A stretch of 64,000 nt of DNA from positions 11,688 through 75,687 of the IMG/VR virus record IMGVR_UViG_2866474162_000001. One strand, written 5' to 3'. Of this stretch, positions 48,586 through 58,574 are shown one piece after another; the stretch's first letter is position 1, and the number at the start of each line of letters is the position of its first letter. Origin of the DNA: a virus (lineage: Duplodnaviria > Caudoviricetes). The translations under genes were made by a program, and so were the position numbers. The notes beneath the pieces are model-generated. The model ran no database searches. It worked only from the letters and a program-made list of their open reading frames with translations, and had not been told where the DNA came from.

Positions 48586-48983
48586 GGTCCGTGCGCCGGG
48601 GGGCGGCGGTATTCACCCCCCGCCTGCCCCCCGGCCAGTGCCGGCCGGGCCACGCCGGGTGCTGACGCGACGCCCGTCGGGTTTGCCGGCCACTGCGCCG
48701 CCCCGGCACCCCCTGCGGGGACGGCGGACGGAACGGGCCGCTCGTGCCACGGTTTCGGCGCGGCGTCGGCGGCCGTGACCGACGACGGCTCGACCCCTGC
48801 CGCCTCGATCACCCGGGATGCGTTGGAGCGGCACCGGCAGCCGAGCTGCCCGCAGGAGCAGACACCGTTCGGTCCGGGCCGGTGGCGCAGGTAGCTGTCG
48901 ACGGCGGCGCGGTAGAGCACGCTGCCGGGCAGGGTAGTGATGACGTCGGCGCGCATCCGGGTCGCGGTGCGGAGGCGGCTCAC
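48579..48983 (-). CDS. Cys/His-rich hypothetical protein
   Basis: GTGA overlap; HRPG...CSCGQLGCRC. Confidence 0.45.
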   Translation of the reverse strand: MSRLRTATRMRADVITTLPGSVLYRAAVDSYLRHRPGPNGVCSCGQLGCRCRSNASRVIEAAGVEPSSVTAADAAPKPWHERPVPSAVPAGGAGAAQWPANPTGVASAPGVARPALAGGQAGGEYRRPPAHGPW

Positions 48984-49423
48984 CGGCGGCCTCCCTTGCC
49001 GCGGAGCCGCTGGGCGGGGGTGGTGAGCAGCCCGGTGTCCGGCCAGATGATCTCGGTCGGCGCGTTCCAGTCGGGCTGGTCGGTGTTGCGCGGAGGGGCC
49101 GGGGTTGCCGGGTCCGCCGGCCCCTCCGGGTTCAGGGCACCGTTGGCCCACTGTACGGCGGTGCAGGGGAACGGCGAGCTGCACCAGGTGCAGCGGCGGT
49201 GGACCTTGACCTTGGGCGGCCAGGCCCGCACCTCGATCTGCGACGAGCCGGGCAGATGGATGGCGAGGACGTAGCCGGCGAAGGCTTCGCGGTGGTCCCG
49301 GCCGGTGAAGACGATGTAGCCCTCGTGGGGGACGAGCTCGCCCGGCGGCGGCGGTGGGACGTCGCCGGCAACCAGCGTGGACGGTGGTGGTGCCGCGTGT
49401 GGCATGTGTCCTGACTGGACCAT
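48980..49423 (-). CDS. Hypothetical protein (H...CxxC...PC motif)
   Basis: HRRCTWCSSPFPCTAVQWA; start uncertain. Confidence 0.5.
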   Translation of the reverse strand: MVQSGHMPHAAPPPSTLVAGDVPPPPPGELVPHEGYIVFTGRDHREAFAGYVLAIHLPGSSQIEVRAWPPKVKVHRRCTWCSSPFPCTAVQWANGALNPEGPADPATPAPPRNTDQPDWNAPTEIIWPDTGLLTTPAQRLRGKGGRR

Positions 49424-49631
49424 GAGCTGCCCCCAGGGGTGCGGTTCTCGATGGTGGTCGGTTGCCGCACAGTGCCGTTCCGGCACCGTGCTGTTTAGCA
49501 CGGTGCCAGCATGGCACGGAGCCGGTCTATGTCACAAGGGGAACCCGGAAGTTGACTCGGCGTGTCGGTCGTGGACGTGGCGAGGGGCCGGCACCGTGCG
49601 GTGCCGGCCCCTCTCTGGGTGCTGCGGTCGG

Positions 49632-49838
49632 TCAGGCCAGGTCGAACTGGCCGTTCCTCGCGCCGGCGATGAACGCGGTCCAGCCGGCGCTGTTGAAGGT
49701 CAGGACGGGGCCAGAGCGGTCCTTGCTGTCGCGGACCAGCATGGTGCTGCCGTCAACGGCGTCGGACACCTCGACGCAGTTCTGGCCTCCATCGGACTTG
49801 GTGGACTTCCGCCAGGGGCGGAAGGCGAGATCACTCAT
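49632..49838 (-). CDS. DUF397 protein
   Basis: WRKSTKSDGGQNCVEV...VRDSKDRSGPVLTF...W. Confidence 0.92.
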   Translation of the reverse strand: MSDLAFRPWRKSTKSDGGQNCVEVSDAVDGSTMLVRDSKDRSGPVLTFNSAGWTAFIAGARNGQFDLA

Positions 49839-49852
49839 GGTGACTCCCTGGG

Positions 49853-50722
49853 TCAGGCGTCGGCGGCCACCAGGTCGGCCGCCTTCTGGATGAGGTCCGC
49901 GCTGGCCTCGGGGGACAGCGCGGCGTCACGCAGCTGGTCGAACAGCCGCGCGTACCGCTGCGCCTCCTGGGCCTCGGTGACCAGCAGGTCGGTCGTCACG
50001 GTGTCGACGGCGACCAGCGTCAGGTCCTCGGGGTCCGGGTAGGCGTACAGAGAGAACGGCGAGCGTGGGACGTACCCGCGTCCCAGCCGGGCGTCAACCG
50101 GCAGTATGCGGACGCTGACGTTCTCCCTGGTCGTGGCCAGATCGAGCAGGTGGTGCAGCTGCTCCCGCATGACGGCGGGCGGCACGGGCAGCCGCTCGAT
50201 CGCCTGCGGTTCCAGCACGACGTCGTACTCCGACCCGTCGGGGCCGGAAACCTGGAGCTGCCGGCGCATCCGGCCGGCGACGGTGCCGCTGAGGTCGAAG
50301 TCGGCTCCGTCGTCGAGCGCGACCTGGCCCCGGTGGCGGGCGTACGCCTCGGTCTGGAGCAGGCCGGGCAGCAGCGAGTTCTGGTACTCGCGGATCGCGC
50401 GGGCGCCGGCCTCGATGTCGGCGGTGCGGGCCTGCCGGTCGCCCATGGCGGCGTACTTGGCCTCGGTCCACCAGCCCTTGGCCAGGCCATCCCGGGCGAC
50501 CCGCTGGAGCGCCCGGTAGCGGTCATCGCTTTCGGGCAGCAGCACGTCGAGGATCCGCAGGATCGTGTCGAGCGGCCGACGTTCGCCGTTCTCCACCTTC
50601 GACACCGCGGTGCGGTCCAGGCCGGCCTCGCGGCCGAGCACCGCGCCGGTCATGCCGGACGCCTCCCGCAGCTCGCGGATGGCGCGCCCGAGACGAAGAC
50701 GTCGGGCAAGGGGGCTGATCAC
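49853..50722 (-). CDS. XRE-family HTH regulator with DUF5753 domain
   Basis: LGRAIRELRE...VSKVENG; LLPGLLQTEAYA, RMRRQ, VMREQLHHL. Confidence 0.9.
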   Translation of the reverse strand: MISPLARRLRLGRAIRELREASGMTGAVLGREAGLDRTAVSKVENGERRPLDTILRILDVLLPESDDRYRALQRVARDGLAKGWWTEAKYAAMGDRQARTADIEAGARAIREYQNSLLPGLLQTEAYARHRGQVALDDGADFDLSGTVAGRMRRQLQVSGPDGSEYDVVLEPQAIERLPVPPAVMREQLHHLLDLATTRENVSVRILPVDARLGRGYVPRSPFSLYAYPDPEDLTLVAVDTVTTDLLVTEAQEAQRYARLFDQLRDAALSPEASADLIQKAADLVAADA

Positions 50723-51001
50723 GTGTGCTGCACCTCCGGGCGTTGGCACCGTGCCAGGTTGGCACGCGGCCTGCCGTGAGGGTACGCGGCGACGGAAGCG
50801 GGCGGTATGCGTGAGGCTTTCGGCTGGCCTGGCGTGGTGGCTACGCTGTGCGGCAAGACTCGGCGCGCGGGACGGGTCGGGCTCGCTGGATGAGCGCCCG
50901 CGAAGGGCTCCGGTTGCGTCACCGGAGCCCTTCGTCTGTCCGCGTAGCTATCCGGTCGCAGTAGACGACTGCGACCGTCGAAACTGGCCTACGCTGGGTG
51001 C

Positions 51002-53734
51002 GTGGCGCTGGGGCGTGCGTACATCGAGATCATCGGCGACGTAAAGAAGTTCGCGCCGGACCTGAAACGCGGGCTGAAGTCGGCGCTGAAGATCGGCGCG
51101 CTGAGCGGGGTGGCCGTCCAAGCGACGGGCAGCCTGGTCACCCTGGCCGGTGCGCTGGCGCAGGTCAGCGGCGCGGCGTTCGCCGTACCCGCCGCGGCAG
51201 GTGTCTACGGTGCGGCGATGGGCGCGCTGAAGATCGCGACGGCGGGCTTCGGCGACGCGATGAGCGCGGTCGTCGAGGGTGACGCGAAGGCGTTCGAGAA
51301 GGCGCTGGAGAACCTGTCGCCGCAGGCGCAGAAGCTGGCCCGCGAGTTCAAGGCGGTGGGTCCGGCGATCGAGGGCCTCCGCACGGCGACGCAGGACGCG
51401 TTCGCCGCGCCGATGGTCGGGCAGATCCAGGCAACCGCCTCGGTGCTGGCGGGGCCGCTGCGCACCGGCCTGGCCGGCGTCGCCGCCGAGTACGGCAACG
51501 TGGCGCGGCGGGCGCTGGAGTTCGCCCGGGAGGGCGCCACCGTGTCGGTGCTGCGCGGGGTGCTGATGAGCGCGCGGGAGGCGGTGGCGAACCTCGGCGT
51601 GGCGGTCGGGCCGGTGCTGGCCGGGTTCCGCGACCTGGCCGTGGTGGGCCTCCCTACGGTGAGCCAGCTGTCCACCGTGGCCGGCGGGCTAGGCGCGAAG
51701 TTCGGCGCGTGGCTCTCGGCGATGGCGCAGAGCGGCGCGGCCACGGCGGCGATCGAGACGGCGCTGGGCGTCCTGCGGCAGCTCGGGCAGATCGCGACGA
51801 ACGTCGGTGCGATCCTCAGCTCGGTCTTCCAGGCGGCCAGTGCGTCGGCCGGCGGCGGGCTGCTCGGGACGCTGACGACGCTGACCGGCACGCTGCGGGA
51901 GTTCTTCGCGTCGGCGGAGGGTAGCGCGGCGCTGACCGGGATCTTCGAGACGCTGGGCGCACTCGCGTCGGGCTTGAAGCCGGTCATCGGGGGGCTGCTC
52001 AGCGCCATCGGGCAGACGCTGGTGCCGGCGCTCATGCCGATCGCGCAGGCGCTGATCCCGGGGTTGCAGGCCCTCGTCCCGGCGCTGGCCCCAATCGGTC
52101 AGGTGATCGCGTCGATAGCCCTGGCCATCGCCCCACTCCTGCCGGTCGTCGGCCAGCTCATCGCGATGCTGGTCGGGCCGCTGGCGCAGGCGCTTGGCGC
52201 GCTGGGCCCGCTGCTCGGCCCGATCGTGTCCGCGCTCGGGCCGGTACTGCTCCAGATCGGTCAGACGCTCACCGCGGTCCTCGCCCCGATCGCCGGGCTC
52301 CTCGCCGACCTGTTCACGCAGCTGGGGCCGCCGCTCGGCCAGATCGTCGCCGCCCTGGGCACCGCCCTCGCCCCGGTCCTCACGGCGGTCGGGCCGCTGA
52401 TCGGGACGCTGGTGCAGGCGCTGATGCCGCTGATCCCGACGATCGTGTCGCTGCTGCCGCCGCTGGTCGACATCGTGGTGGCGTTGACGCCGCTGATCGA
52501 GCTGGTGGCGCAGCTCGCCGGCGTAGCGGTCGCGCTGGCGGCGCCGCTCATCAAGGTGGCGGCGCTGCTGTTGCAGCTTCTCGCCGCGCAGGCCGTCGCC
52601 CCGCTGGTCGAGGCGATCGCCAACGGGCTGACGTGGCTGCTGTCGCCGCTGACGGGCGTGGCCGAGTGGCTGGGCAAGGTCGCCGCCTGGCTGAACGGCA
52701 TCGACTGGGCCGGCGTCGGGTCTGCGATCGGCGGCGCGTTCTCGTCGGCGTGGGACGCGGTGGTCGGGTTCTTCCAGTCGCTCGGGCAGTGGTTCGCGGA
52801 GCTGCCGGGGAAGATCGGCTCGTTCCTGGCGAGCCTGCCGGGGATGCTGTGGAACCTGTTCACGTCGGCGCTGGGCCTGGCTCTGCAGGCGGTCGGCGTC
52901 GGGATCGGCCTGCTGATCTTCTCGGTGACGCAGCTGCCCGGGATGATCCTGCGCGGCATCCAGGTGCTGCCGGGCCTGCTGGCGGGGTTCTTCACCCGGC
53001 TGTGGGCGAGCGCGAAGGCGCTGACGACCGCTGGCATCAGCGCGGTGGTGTCGTTCGTGACGGCGCTGCCGGGCCGGATCATGTCGGGGCTGTCGCGGCT
53101 GCCGGGGATCATGGCCAGCGCCCTGTCGTCGGCGTGGAACGCGGCGAAGAGCGCGGCGTCGAGCGGCGCGAGTTCCCTGGTGTCGTTCATCAGCAGCGTG
53201 CCGTCGCGGCTCGCGGGCCTGGCCGGGAAGTTCCTGTCGGCGGGCCGGAGCCTCATCAGCGGGTTCATGAACGGGCTGAAGAGCGTCGGCGGGTTCATTG
53301 GCGACGTGGCCGGGTCGATCACGTCGGCGATCAAGGGGTTCATCAACAAGGTCATCGGCAAGATCAACTCGGGTATCGCGTCGATCGACGCGAAGCTCCC
53401 CGGAGGGCTGCCCCGGATCCCGATGCTGGCCAACGGCGCGATCCTGCGGCGGCCGACGCTGTTCGTCGGCGGTGAGGCCGGCGACGAGGTGGTGGTGCCG
53501 CTGACCCGGCCGCGCCGGGCGCGGGAGCTGGCCGAGCAGTCCGGGCTGATGCGGCTGCTCGGCGAGGGCGGCGGCGGCGCGTCCGTGGTGTTCGGGCGCG
53601 ACGCGATCCGCGTGACCTTCGAGGGTGTCCTGCCGACCCGGCAGGAGGCGCTGGACACCGGCCGCGCGGTCGGCGAAGGCGTGCTGGAGACGTTGGCCCG
53701 CAGGGACGTGGCCACGACCGTGAGGACGATCTGA
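51002..53734 (+). CDS. Tape measure protein
   Basis: MALGRAYIEI start; long Ala/Leu/Gly amphipathic repeats; IPMLANG C-terminal motif; TACGCT -10 six nt before the GTG. Confidence 0.88.
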   Translation: MALGRAYIEIIGDVKKFAPDLKRGLKSALKIGALSGVAVQATGSLVTLAGALAQVSGAAFAVPAAAGVYGAAMGALKIATAGFGDAMSAVVEGDAKAFEKALENLSPQAQKLAREFKAVGPAIEGLRTATQDAFAAPMVGQIQATASVLAGPLRTGLAGVAAEYGNVARRALEFAREGATVSVLRGVLMSAREAVANLGVAVGPVLAGFRDLAVVGLPTVSQLSTVAGGLGAKFGAWLSAMAQSGAATAAIETALGVLRQLGQIATNVGAILSSVFQAASASAGGGLLGTLTTLTGTLREFFASAEGSAALTGIFETLGALASGLKPVIGGLLSAIGQTLVPALMPIAQALIPGLQALVPALAPIGQVIASIALAIAPLLPVVGQLIAMLVGPLAQALGALGPLLGPIVSALGPVLLQIGQTLTAVLAPIAGLLADLFTQLGPPLGQIVAALGTALAPVLTAVGPLIGTLVQALMPLIPTIVSLLPPLVDIVVALTPLIELVAQLAGVAVALAAPLIKVAALLLQLLAAQAVAPLVEAIANGLTWLLSPLTGVAEWLGKVAAWLNGIDWAGVGSAIGGAFSSAWDAVVGFFQSLGQWFAELPGKIGSFLASLPGMLWNLFTSALGLALQAVGVGIGLLIFSVTQLPGMILRGIQVLPGLLAGFFTRLWASAKALTTAGISAVVSFVTALPGRIMSGLSRLPGIMASALSSAWNAAKSAASSGASSLVSFISSVPSRLAGLAGKFLSAGRSLISGFMNGLKSVGGFIGDVAGSITSAIKGFINKVIGKINSGIASIDAKLPGGLPRIPMLANGAILRRPTLFVGGEAGDEVVVPLTRPRRARELAEQSGLMRLLGEGGGGASVVFGRDAIRVTFEGVLPTRQEALDTGRAVGEGVLETLARRDVATTVRTI

Positions 53735-56700
53735 GTGGGCGAGTACAACCCTGACCGGCCCTACGTGATGGGCATGCAGTGGGCGCCGCTGGTGGCCGAC
53801 ACGGTGCTGCTCGACACGGGCAGCGAGGTGGGCTACACGTTCCGGGCCCAGGCCAGCCACGCCGCCGGAACCGGGCTGCGGCGGGTGCGGCTGCACGTTG
53901 CGTCGCCGCCGCCGGGCCTGCCGAACCGCAAGGAGATGCTGGTCAACCTGTACCCAGCGGGCCAGGTCGCCGGCACCGGGCCGGTCCGCAAGCTGACCAT
54001 CCCGGTGCGGGACGGCGCGCTGGTCACCGGCGCGGCCCTGGCCGGCGGGTCGGCGACGCCGCCGGACGCGGTGAGCAACCCGTCCGACCCGCGGCACATC
54101 ACGCTGACCGGGCCGAACGCGGCAGCCCGGTTCTGGTTCGACACGAACTCGTCGCTGACCCATGCGAAGCTGGACGGCCGGCGGATCCTCGACGTGTCGG
54201 TGCTGTACGTCATCAGCGGGCCGTTCGCCGACCTGGCCCCGGCGGTGACCCTCGGCCTCGAGCGCCCGTCGGCCGGGGTGAACTGGCTGATGGACGAGAC
54301 GCTGAACGGGCCGGCCGTCCACAACGGGGTGACGGCGGTCGGCCGGTCGCGCCTCGGCGAGCTGAACCCGTGGTGGAACACGGCGGCGGCGCCGACGACG
54401 GAGAAGGGCCGGGTGCCGTGGCGGGCGCGGAACCTCGTCAGCACCGGCAACCCGCCGGCAGGCCTGTCGGCGCTGTCGGCGTCGGGCGGGACGAACATCA
54501 ACGTGCGGCTCCAGGTCGCCGCCAACGCGGCGGCCACCGCGGTGTTCCAGGTGCACTACCTGGCGCTGGAGGTGTCGTACGGGGAGGAAAACCGGGTCGG
54601 CGGCGGCGGCCTCAACCTGTCCGAGGGGGCCAGCTACATCGGCGGCTACTACTACGAGGTGCCGATCTGGGACGCGGTGAACTTCTCCGGCACGGTGGAC
54701 CTCACCGCCGGGCGGGAGTACGCGGTGACCGTCGGGCAGGCGTACGCGGGGCAGCTGTCGGTGGCGTCGCCGGTGCCGGTGAAGGCGGACCGGCTCGGGC
54801 CGGTCGAGCCGTACCCGGCGCACCGCGGGGTGCTGCTGCGCAAGACGCTGCGGGCCGGGCAGACGCCGACCCTGGAGACGGTCGACGAGCTGCCGTCGGT
54901 GGTGCTTTTCACCGGGATCAGCGCGCCAGGCAACCCGGACCTCAGCTCGCACAGCTACGTGACGCAGGCCGTGGCCACGGTGTCGGAGCTGACCCCGGCG
55001 GGCTGGACGATGCAGCAGCTCGTCGAGGACGTGGCGGCGGATTGGGTGTGGGCGCGGTTCTACGCCCGGCACCTGCCGGGCACCCGGGCCCCACTGGAGC
55101 TGGCCCAGGTGTCCGAGCTGGACACGACGAGGCGGCTGGGCCCGGTCGCGCGGGTCACGGTGGAGGAGTTCGACGCGCTGCCGGAGATCGCGGACGGCTG
55201 GCGTGAGGTGACGGTGCGCCTCGACACGCCGTACCTGTCCGACGGGGTGGGCGAGACGACGTACTGGACGTTCACCAGCAGCGCGGGCGGGCAGTCGCCG
55301 TGGCAGGTCCTCGGCGTCGACGCGAACCCGTGGAGCACCCAGCCGGCCGGGTGGGAGGCGGACCCCGGGTACGGCGGCCGCACGGCGTGGGCGGTGGTGG
55401 ACGGGCAGTCCGACGAGTCGGCGGACCTGACGCTGATGTTCGCGCAGGAGATGGACGCCGTCCTGGGCCTCGACGTCGAGCCGGCGGTGCAGCCGCTGAC
55501 CGTCGTCGACGACCAGTGCGACTGGCCGGCGAGCAGGATCCCGACCGGCATCCGCTACCACCGGCTGTCGTGGCTGGCGGTCAACTCGTCGGTGGTGGCC
55601 GGCTGGAGCTGCTACGAGGTGCAGCGCCAGGACGACACGATGGCCGCCGACGAGTGGGAGACCATCGCGAAGGTGGTCGAGCCGTCCGTGACGGCGGTCG
55701 ACGACTACGAGGCGCGGGTGGGCGTCGAGTCGCGGTACCGGATCAGGATGGTGCACCGCCTCGGGATCGCCGGGCCGTGGTCGCCTCCGGTGGCGGCGAC
55801 GATCGCCGCGCCGGGCGTGGAGGGCCGCAACGTCGACACCGGGGTGCTGATCCTGACCAGCAACCACAACCCGGCCGCGAACCTGGCGTACGTGGAGAAC
55901 TTCGACCGGTCGTCGGTGGAGGACTTCACGTTCCCCGAGGCGGAGCAGGTCGAGCTGCAGGAGATGTTCGACCGGGACTTCCGGACGGCGTTCCGGCCGC
56001 TGGAGCGCGGCGGCGTCGAGTTCACCCGGACGGTGCTGGTCAACCAGGCGGCGGTGCCGCCGGCCACGATGGACCGCGGCTTCACCGACCTCCGGGACCT
56101 GGCGTGGGACACGGTGCCGTACGTGTGCGTGCGCGACGAGCTACGCAACCGGTGGCTGTCGACGCTGCTGGTGCCGTCGGCGTCGGTGAAGCGCCGCAAG
56201 GCGGGGCAGCTCCAGCTGGCGCAGGTGCAGGTGGTGGAGGTGACGGCGACGCCGGCCCCGCTGGACGGCGGCCCGGCCGCGTGTGAGGGCCTGCGGCCGG
56301 AGGGCCAGGTGCCAGCGGTGACGGCGGGCACGCCGGTGCCTGCGGCCGGCCTCGCCCCCGGCGTGTTCGAGGACCTGTTCAACCGGAACGTGTCGGGCGG
56401 CCTGGGCAACGGCTGGACGATCGCCGAGGGCGCGGCGGTGGACTACTCGGTGGCCGCCGAGGCGGCGACGATCAACCTGGCCGGCGGCGGCTCCCGCACG
56501 GCGGTGGTTGGCGCGGGCTGGGAGGACGTCGACGTCCAGGCGCGGTTCCAGTTCAGCGCGGTGGCGACGGGCCAGCCGATCAACGCGTACCTGGTCGGCC
56601 GGTACCAGGCCCTCGGCACGCACTACCGGGCGCGGCTGGCCGCGCAGACCGACGGCAAGCTGGGCGTGGCGATCGAGCGGGTCGTGAACGGCGTGCTGGG

Positions 56701-57514
56701 CAATGTCACGGCGCTGGCGACGGTGCGGGCCACCAACGGCGTCGACCTACTCGGCTACCAGGCGGGGCCGTGGTACTGGATGCGGTTGCAGGTCCGCGAC
56801 GGGGCGGTCCGGGTGGCGGTGTGGCCGGACGGTCAGCGCATGGCCCGGTGGGAGCAGTCGGCGAAGGACACCACCATCGCCGGCGCCGGGCAGATCGGTG
56901 TGCGGGGCGTGCTGACTGCCGGCAACACGAACGCGGCCCCGACGGTCAAGGTCGCCGAGCTGACGGTGTGGCAGCCGGCGACGAACGACCTGGACGTGCG
57001 GGTGGAGCTGCGGCCGACCGGGGACGAGTGGACGGCGGAGCTGTCGCGCACCGACGACAACGGCGGCACGACCGGCTGGAAGCTGACCGCCGACCCGGTG
57101 CAGACCTGCCTCAACCTGTGGGGCGGCGCCGGGTTCACCGCCTGCCACGGGCTCGCGCCGAGCACGCGGGCGCTGGTGGTGACCCGGCAGCGGCGGTGGC
57201 TGCGGGTGACGTACCGCAACGACGTGTTCGGGCAGGGCACCGCGGACTACTGGTCGTCGGAGGACGGGCTGAACTGGACGCAGGAGTCGATGGTGCAGGC
57301 GCCGCCGGAGCCGCCGACCGTCGACCCCGGCCAGCTGGCGCTGGTGCTGACCGGCGACGTGACCGTGGCGCGGGCCGAGGTGCGCCAGGGCGTCGACGGG
57401 CCGGTGCTGGCCGCCCCCGACTTCGAGAGCCAGGCGGCCGGCACGACGCGGTTCGCCGACGCGCAGGGCAACACGTGGGAGGTGGATGGTCGTGGCATCT
57501 GCGCCCCCGCCTGA
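53735..57514 (+). CDS. Large minor tail protein (FN3-like and lectin-like domains)
   Basis: 1259 aa directly after the TMP; DDYEA...YRIR FN3-like part; C-terminal beta-rich ConA/LamG-like segments. Confidence 0.75.
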   Translation: MGEYNPDRPYVMGMQWAPLVADTVLLDTGSEVGYTFRAQASHAAGTGLRRVRLHVASPPPGLPNRKEMLVNLYPAGQVAGTGPVRKLTIPVRDGALVTGAALAGGSATPPDAVSNPSDPRHITLTGPNAAARFWFDTNSSLTHAKLDGRRILDVSVLYVISGPFADLAPAVTLGLERPSAGVNWLMDETLNGPAVHNGVTAVGRSRLGELNPWWNTAAAPTTEKGRVPWRARNLVSTGNPPAGLSALSASGGTNINVRLQVAANAAATAVFQVHYLALEVSYGEENRVGGGGLNLSEGASYIGGYYYEVPIWDAVNFSGTVDLTAGREYAVTVGQAYAGQLSVASPVPVKADRLGPVEPYPAHRGVLLRKTLRAGQTPTLETVDELPSVVLFTGISAPGNPDLSSHSYVTQAVATVSELTPAGWTMQQLVEDVAADWVWARFYARHLPGTRAPLELAQVSELDTTRRLGPVARVTVEEFDALPEIADGWREVTVRLDTPYLSDGVGETTYWTFTSSAGGQSPWQVLGVDANPWSTQPAGWEADPGYGGRTAWAVVDGQSDESADLTLMFAQEMDAVLGLDVEPAVQPLTVVDDQCDWPASRIPTGIRYHRLSWLAVNSSVVAGWSCYEVQRQDDTMAADEWETIAKVVEPSVTAVDDYEARVGVESRYRIRMVHRLGIAGPWSPPVAATIAAPGVEGRNVDTGVLILTSNHNPAANLAYVENFDRSSVEDFTFPEAEQVELQEMFDRDFRTAFRPLERGGVEFTRTVLVNQAAVPPATMDRGFTDLRDLAWDTVPYVCVRDELRNRWLSTLLVPSASVKRRKAGQLQLAQVQVVEVTATPAPLDGGPAACEGLRPEGQVPAVTAGTPVPAAGLAPGVFEDLFNRNVSGGLGNGWTIAEGAAVDYSVAAEAATINLAGGGSRTAVVGAGWEDVDVQARFQFSAVATGQPINAYLVGRYQALGTHYRARLAAQTDGKLGVAIERVVNGVLGNVTALATVRATNGVDLLGYQAGPWYWMRLQVRDGAVRVAVWPDGQRMARWEQSAKDTTIAGAGQIGVRGVLTAGNTNAAPTVKVAELTVWQPATNDLDVRVELRPTGDEWTAELSRTDDNGGTTGWKLTADPVQTCLNLWGGAGFTACHGLAPSTRALVVTRQRRWLRVTYRNDVFGQGTADYWSSEDGLNWTQESMVQAPPEPPTVDPGQLALVLTGDVTVARAEVRQGVDGPVLAAPDFESQAAGTTRFADAQGNTWEVDGRGICAPA

Positions 57515-58574
57515 CCTGCTCGACCTGCCCGCGTGGCGGGGGCAGCGGTCGGCGTCGTTCCGGTTCGACCTGATCGACGGGCGGACCGGCGTGCGGCGGG
57601 GTGAGCTCACGCCGCTGCGGGACAGCTCGCCGAGCCTGAGCCACGACAGCACGTCGACGATCCCCCGGCGGCTGTCCGGGGTGACCCTCGGCGTGGACGA
57701 CGCGAAGCGGATCAACCAGCTGACCGACCGGATCGCGCCCCGCATGGTGCTGGGCGACGGCAGCGAGTACCGGCTGGGCCGCTACCTGGTGTCGGACTCG
57801 TCGGACCTTGTGACCAGCGCCGGGTCGACGGCACCGCTGACGCTGCTGGACGAGATGTTCGTGGTCGACCAGGAGCTGGACGTCGGCTTCGACGCGGGCG
57901 GGCAGCTCGTCGACCAGGTGGCCGCGCGGCTGGTCGACGGGCTGCCGATCGGGCCGCTGGTGGTCGACGCGACGGAGTTCACGTCGGTGGCGGCCTGGTC
58001 GCCGGGCACGTCGCGGGCGAACGCGCTGCGGGATCTGGCCGCGTCGGGCGGGTACCTCATGCCGTGGTTCGACCATCGGGGCTGGCTGCGGCTGCGGCGG
58101 GCGTTCGACCCTGCCGACGAGGCGGTGACGATCGACCTGGACGCCTCCCGGCGGGTGATCCGAGGGTCGATCTCGCGGGGCACGGACCTGCTGACCGCGC
58201 CGAACCGCTTCGTGGTGGTGTCGAACGATCCCGGCGAGGACGCGGAGCCGGTCGTCGGGGTGTACGACGTGCCGGCGTCGGCGCCGCACTCGATCGCGCA
58301 GCGCGGGTTCGTGCTGCCGAAGACGGTCGACGTGCAGGTGCGATCGCAGGCGCAGGCGACGGTGTACGCGCGGACGCTGGGGCTCCAGCAAACGGTGTAC
58401 GAGGTGGTGGAGCTGAGCACCCCGGTGGACCCGCGGCACGACGCGTACGAGGTGGTGCGCTGGGACGGGGTGCAGTGGTTGGAGGTGGCCTGGGCGATGC
58501 CGCTGGCGCCGGGCGGGGAGATGCGGCACACGCTGCGGCGGGCGTACTCGGAGACGGAAGGCGGGGAGGCATGA
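57486..58574 (+). CDS. Minor tail (Tal/hub-like) protein
   Basis: FRFDLID, LLDEMFVVDQ, WFDHRGWL, PNRFVVV, HDAYEVV. Confidence 0.72.
   Translation: MVVASAPPPDLLDLPAWRGQRSASFRFDLIDGRTGVRRGELTPLRDSSPSLSHDSTSTIPRRLSGVTLGVDDAKRINQLTDRIAPRMVLGDGSEYRLGRYLVSDSSDLVTSAGSTAPLTLLDEMFVVDQELDVGFDAGGQLVDQVAARLVDGLPIGPLVVDATEFTSVAAWSPGTSRANALRDLAASGGYLMPWFDHRGWLRLRRAFDPADEAVTIDLDASRRVIRGSISRGTDLLTAPNRFVVVSNDPGEDAEPVVGVYDVPASAPHSIAQRGFVLPKTVDVQVRSQAQATVYARTLGLQQTVYEVVELSTPVDPRHDAYEVVRWDGVQWLEVAWAMPLAPGGEMRHTLRRAYSETEGGEA

Noticed and set aside
27020-51001. Shared activator motif upstream of the late -10 hexamers (TATGCT, TACCGT, TACGCT)
   Set aside because: Manual comparison of the five upstream regions showed no convincing consensus.
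51002-53734. TMP repeats as a separate repeat element or DGR target
   Set aside because: Ordinary amphipathic protein periodicity; no reverse transcriptase or template/variable repeat pair seen.
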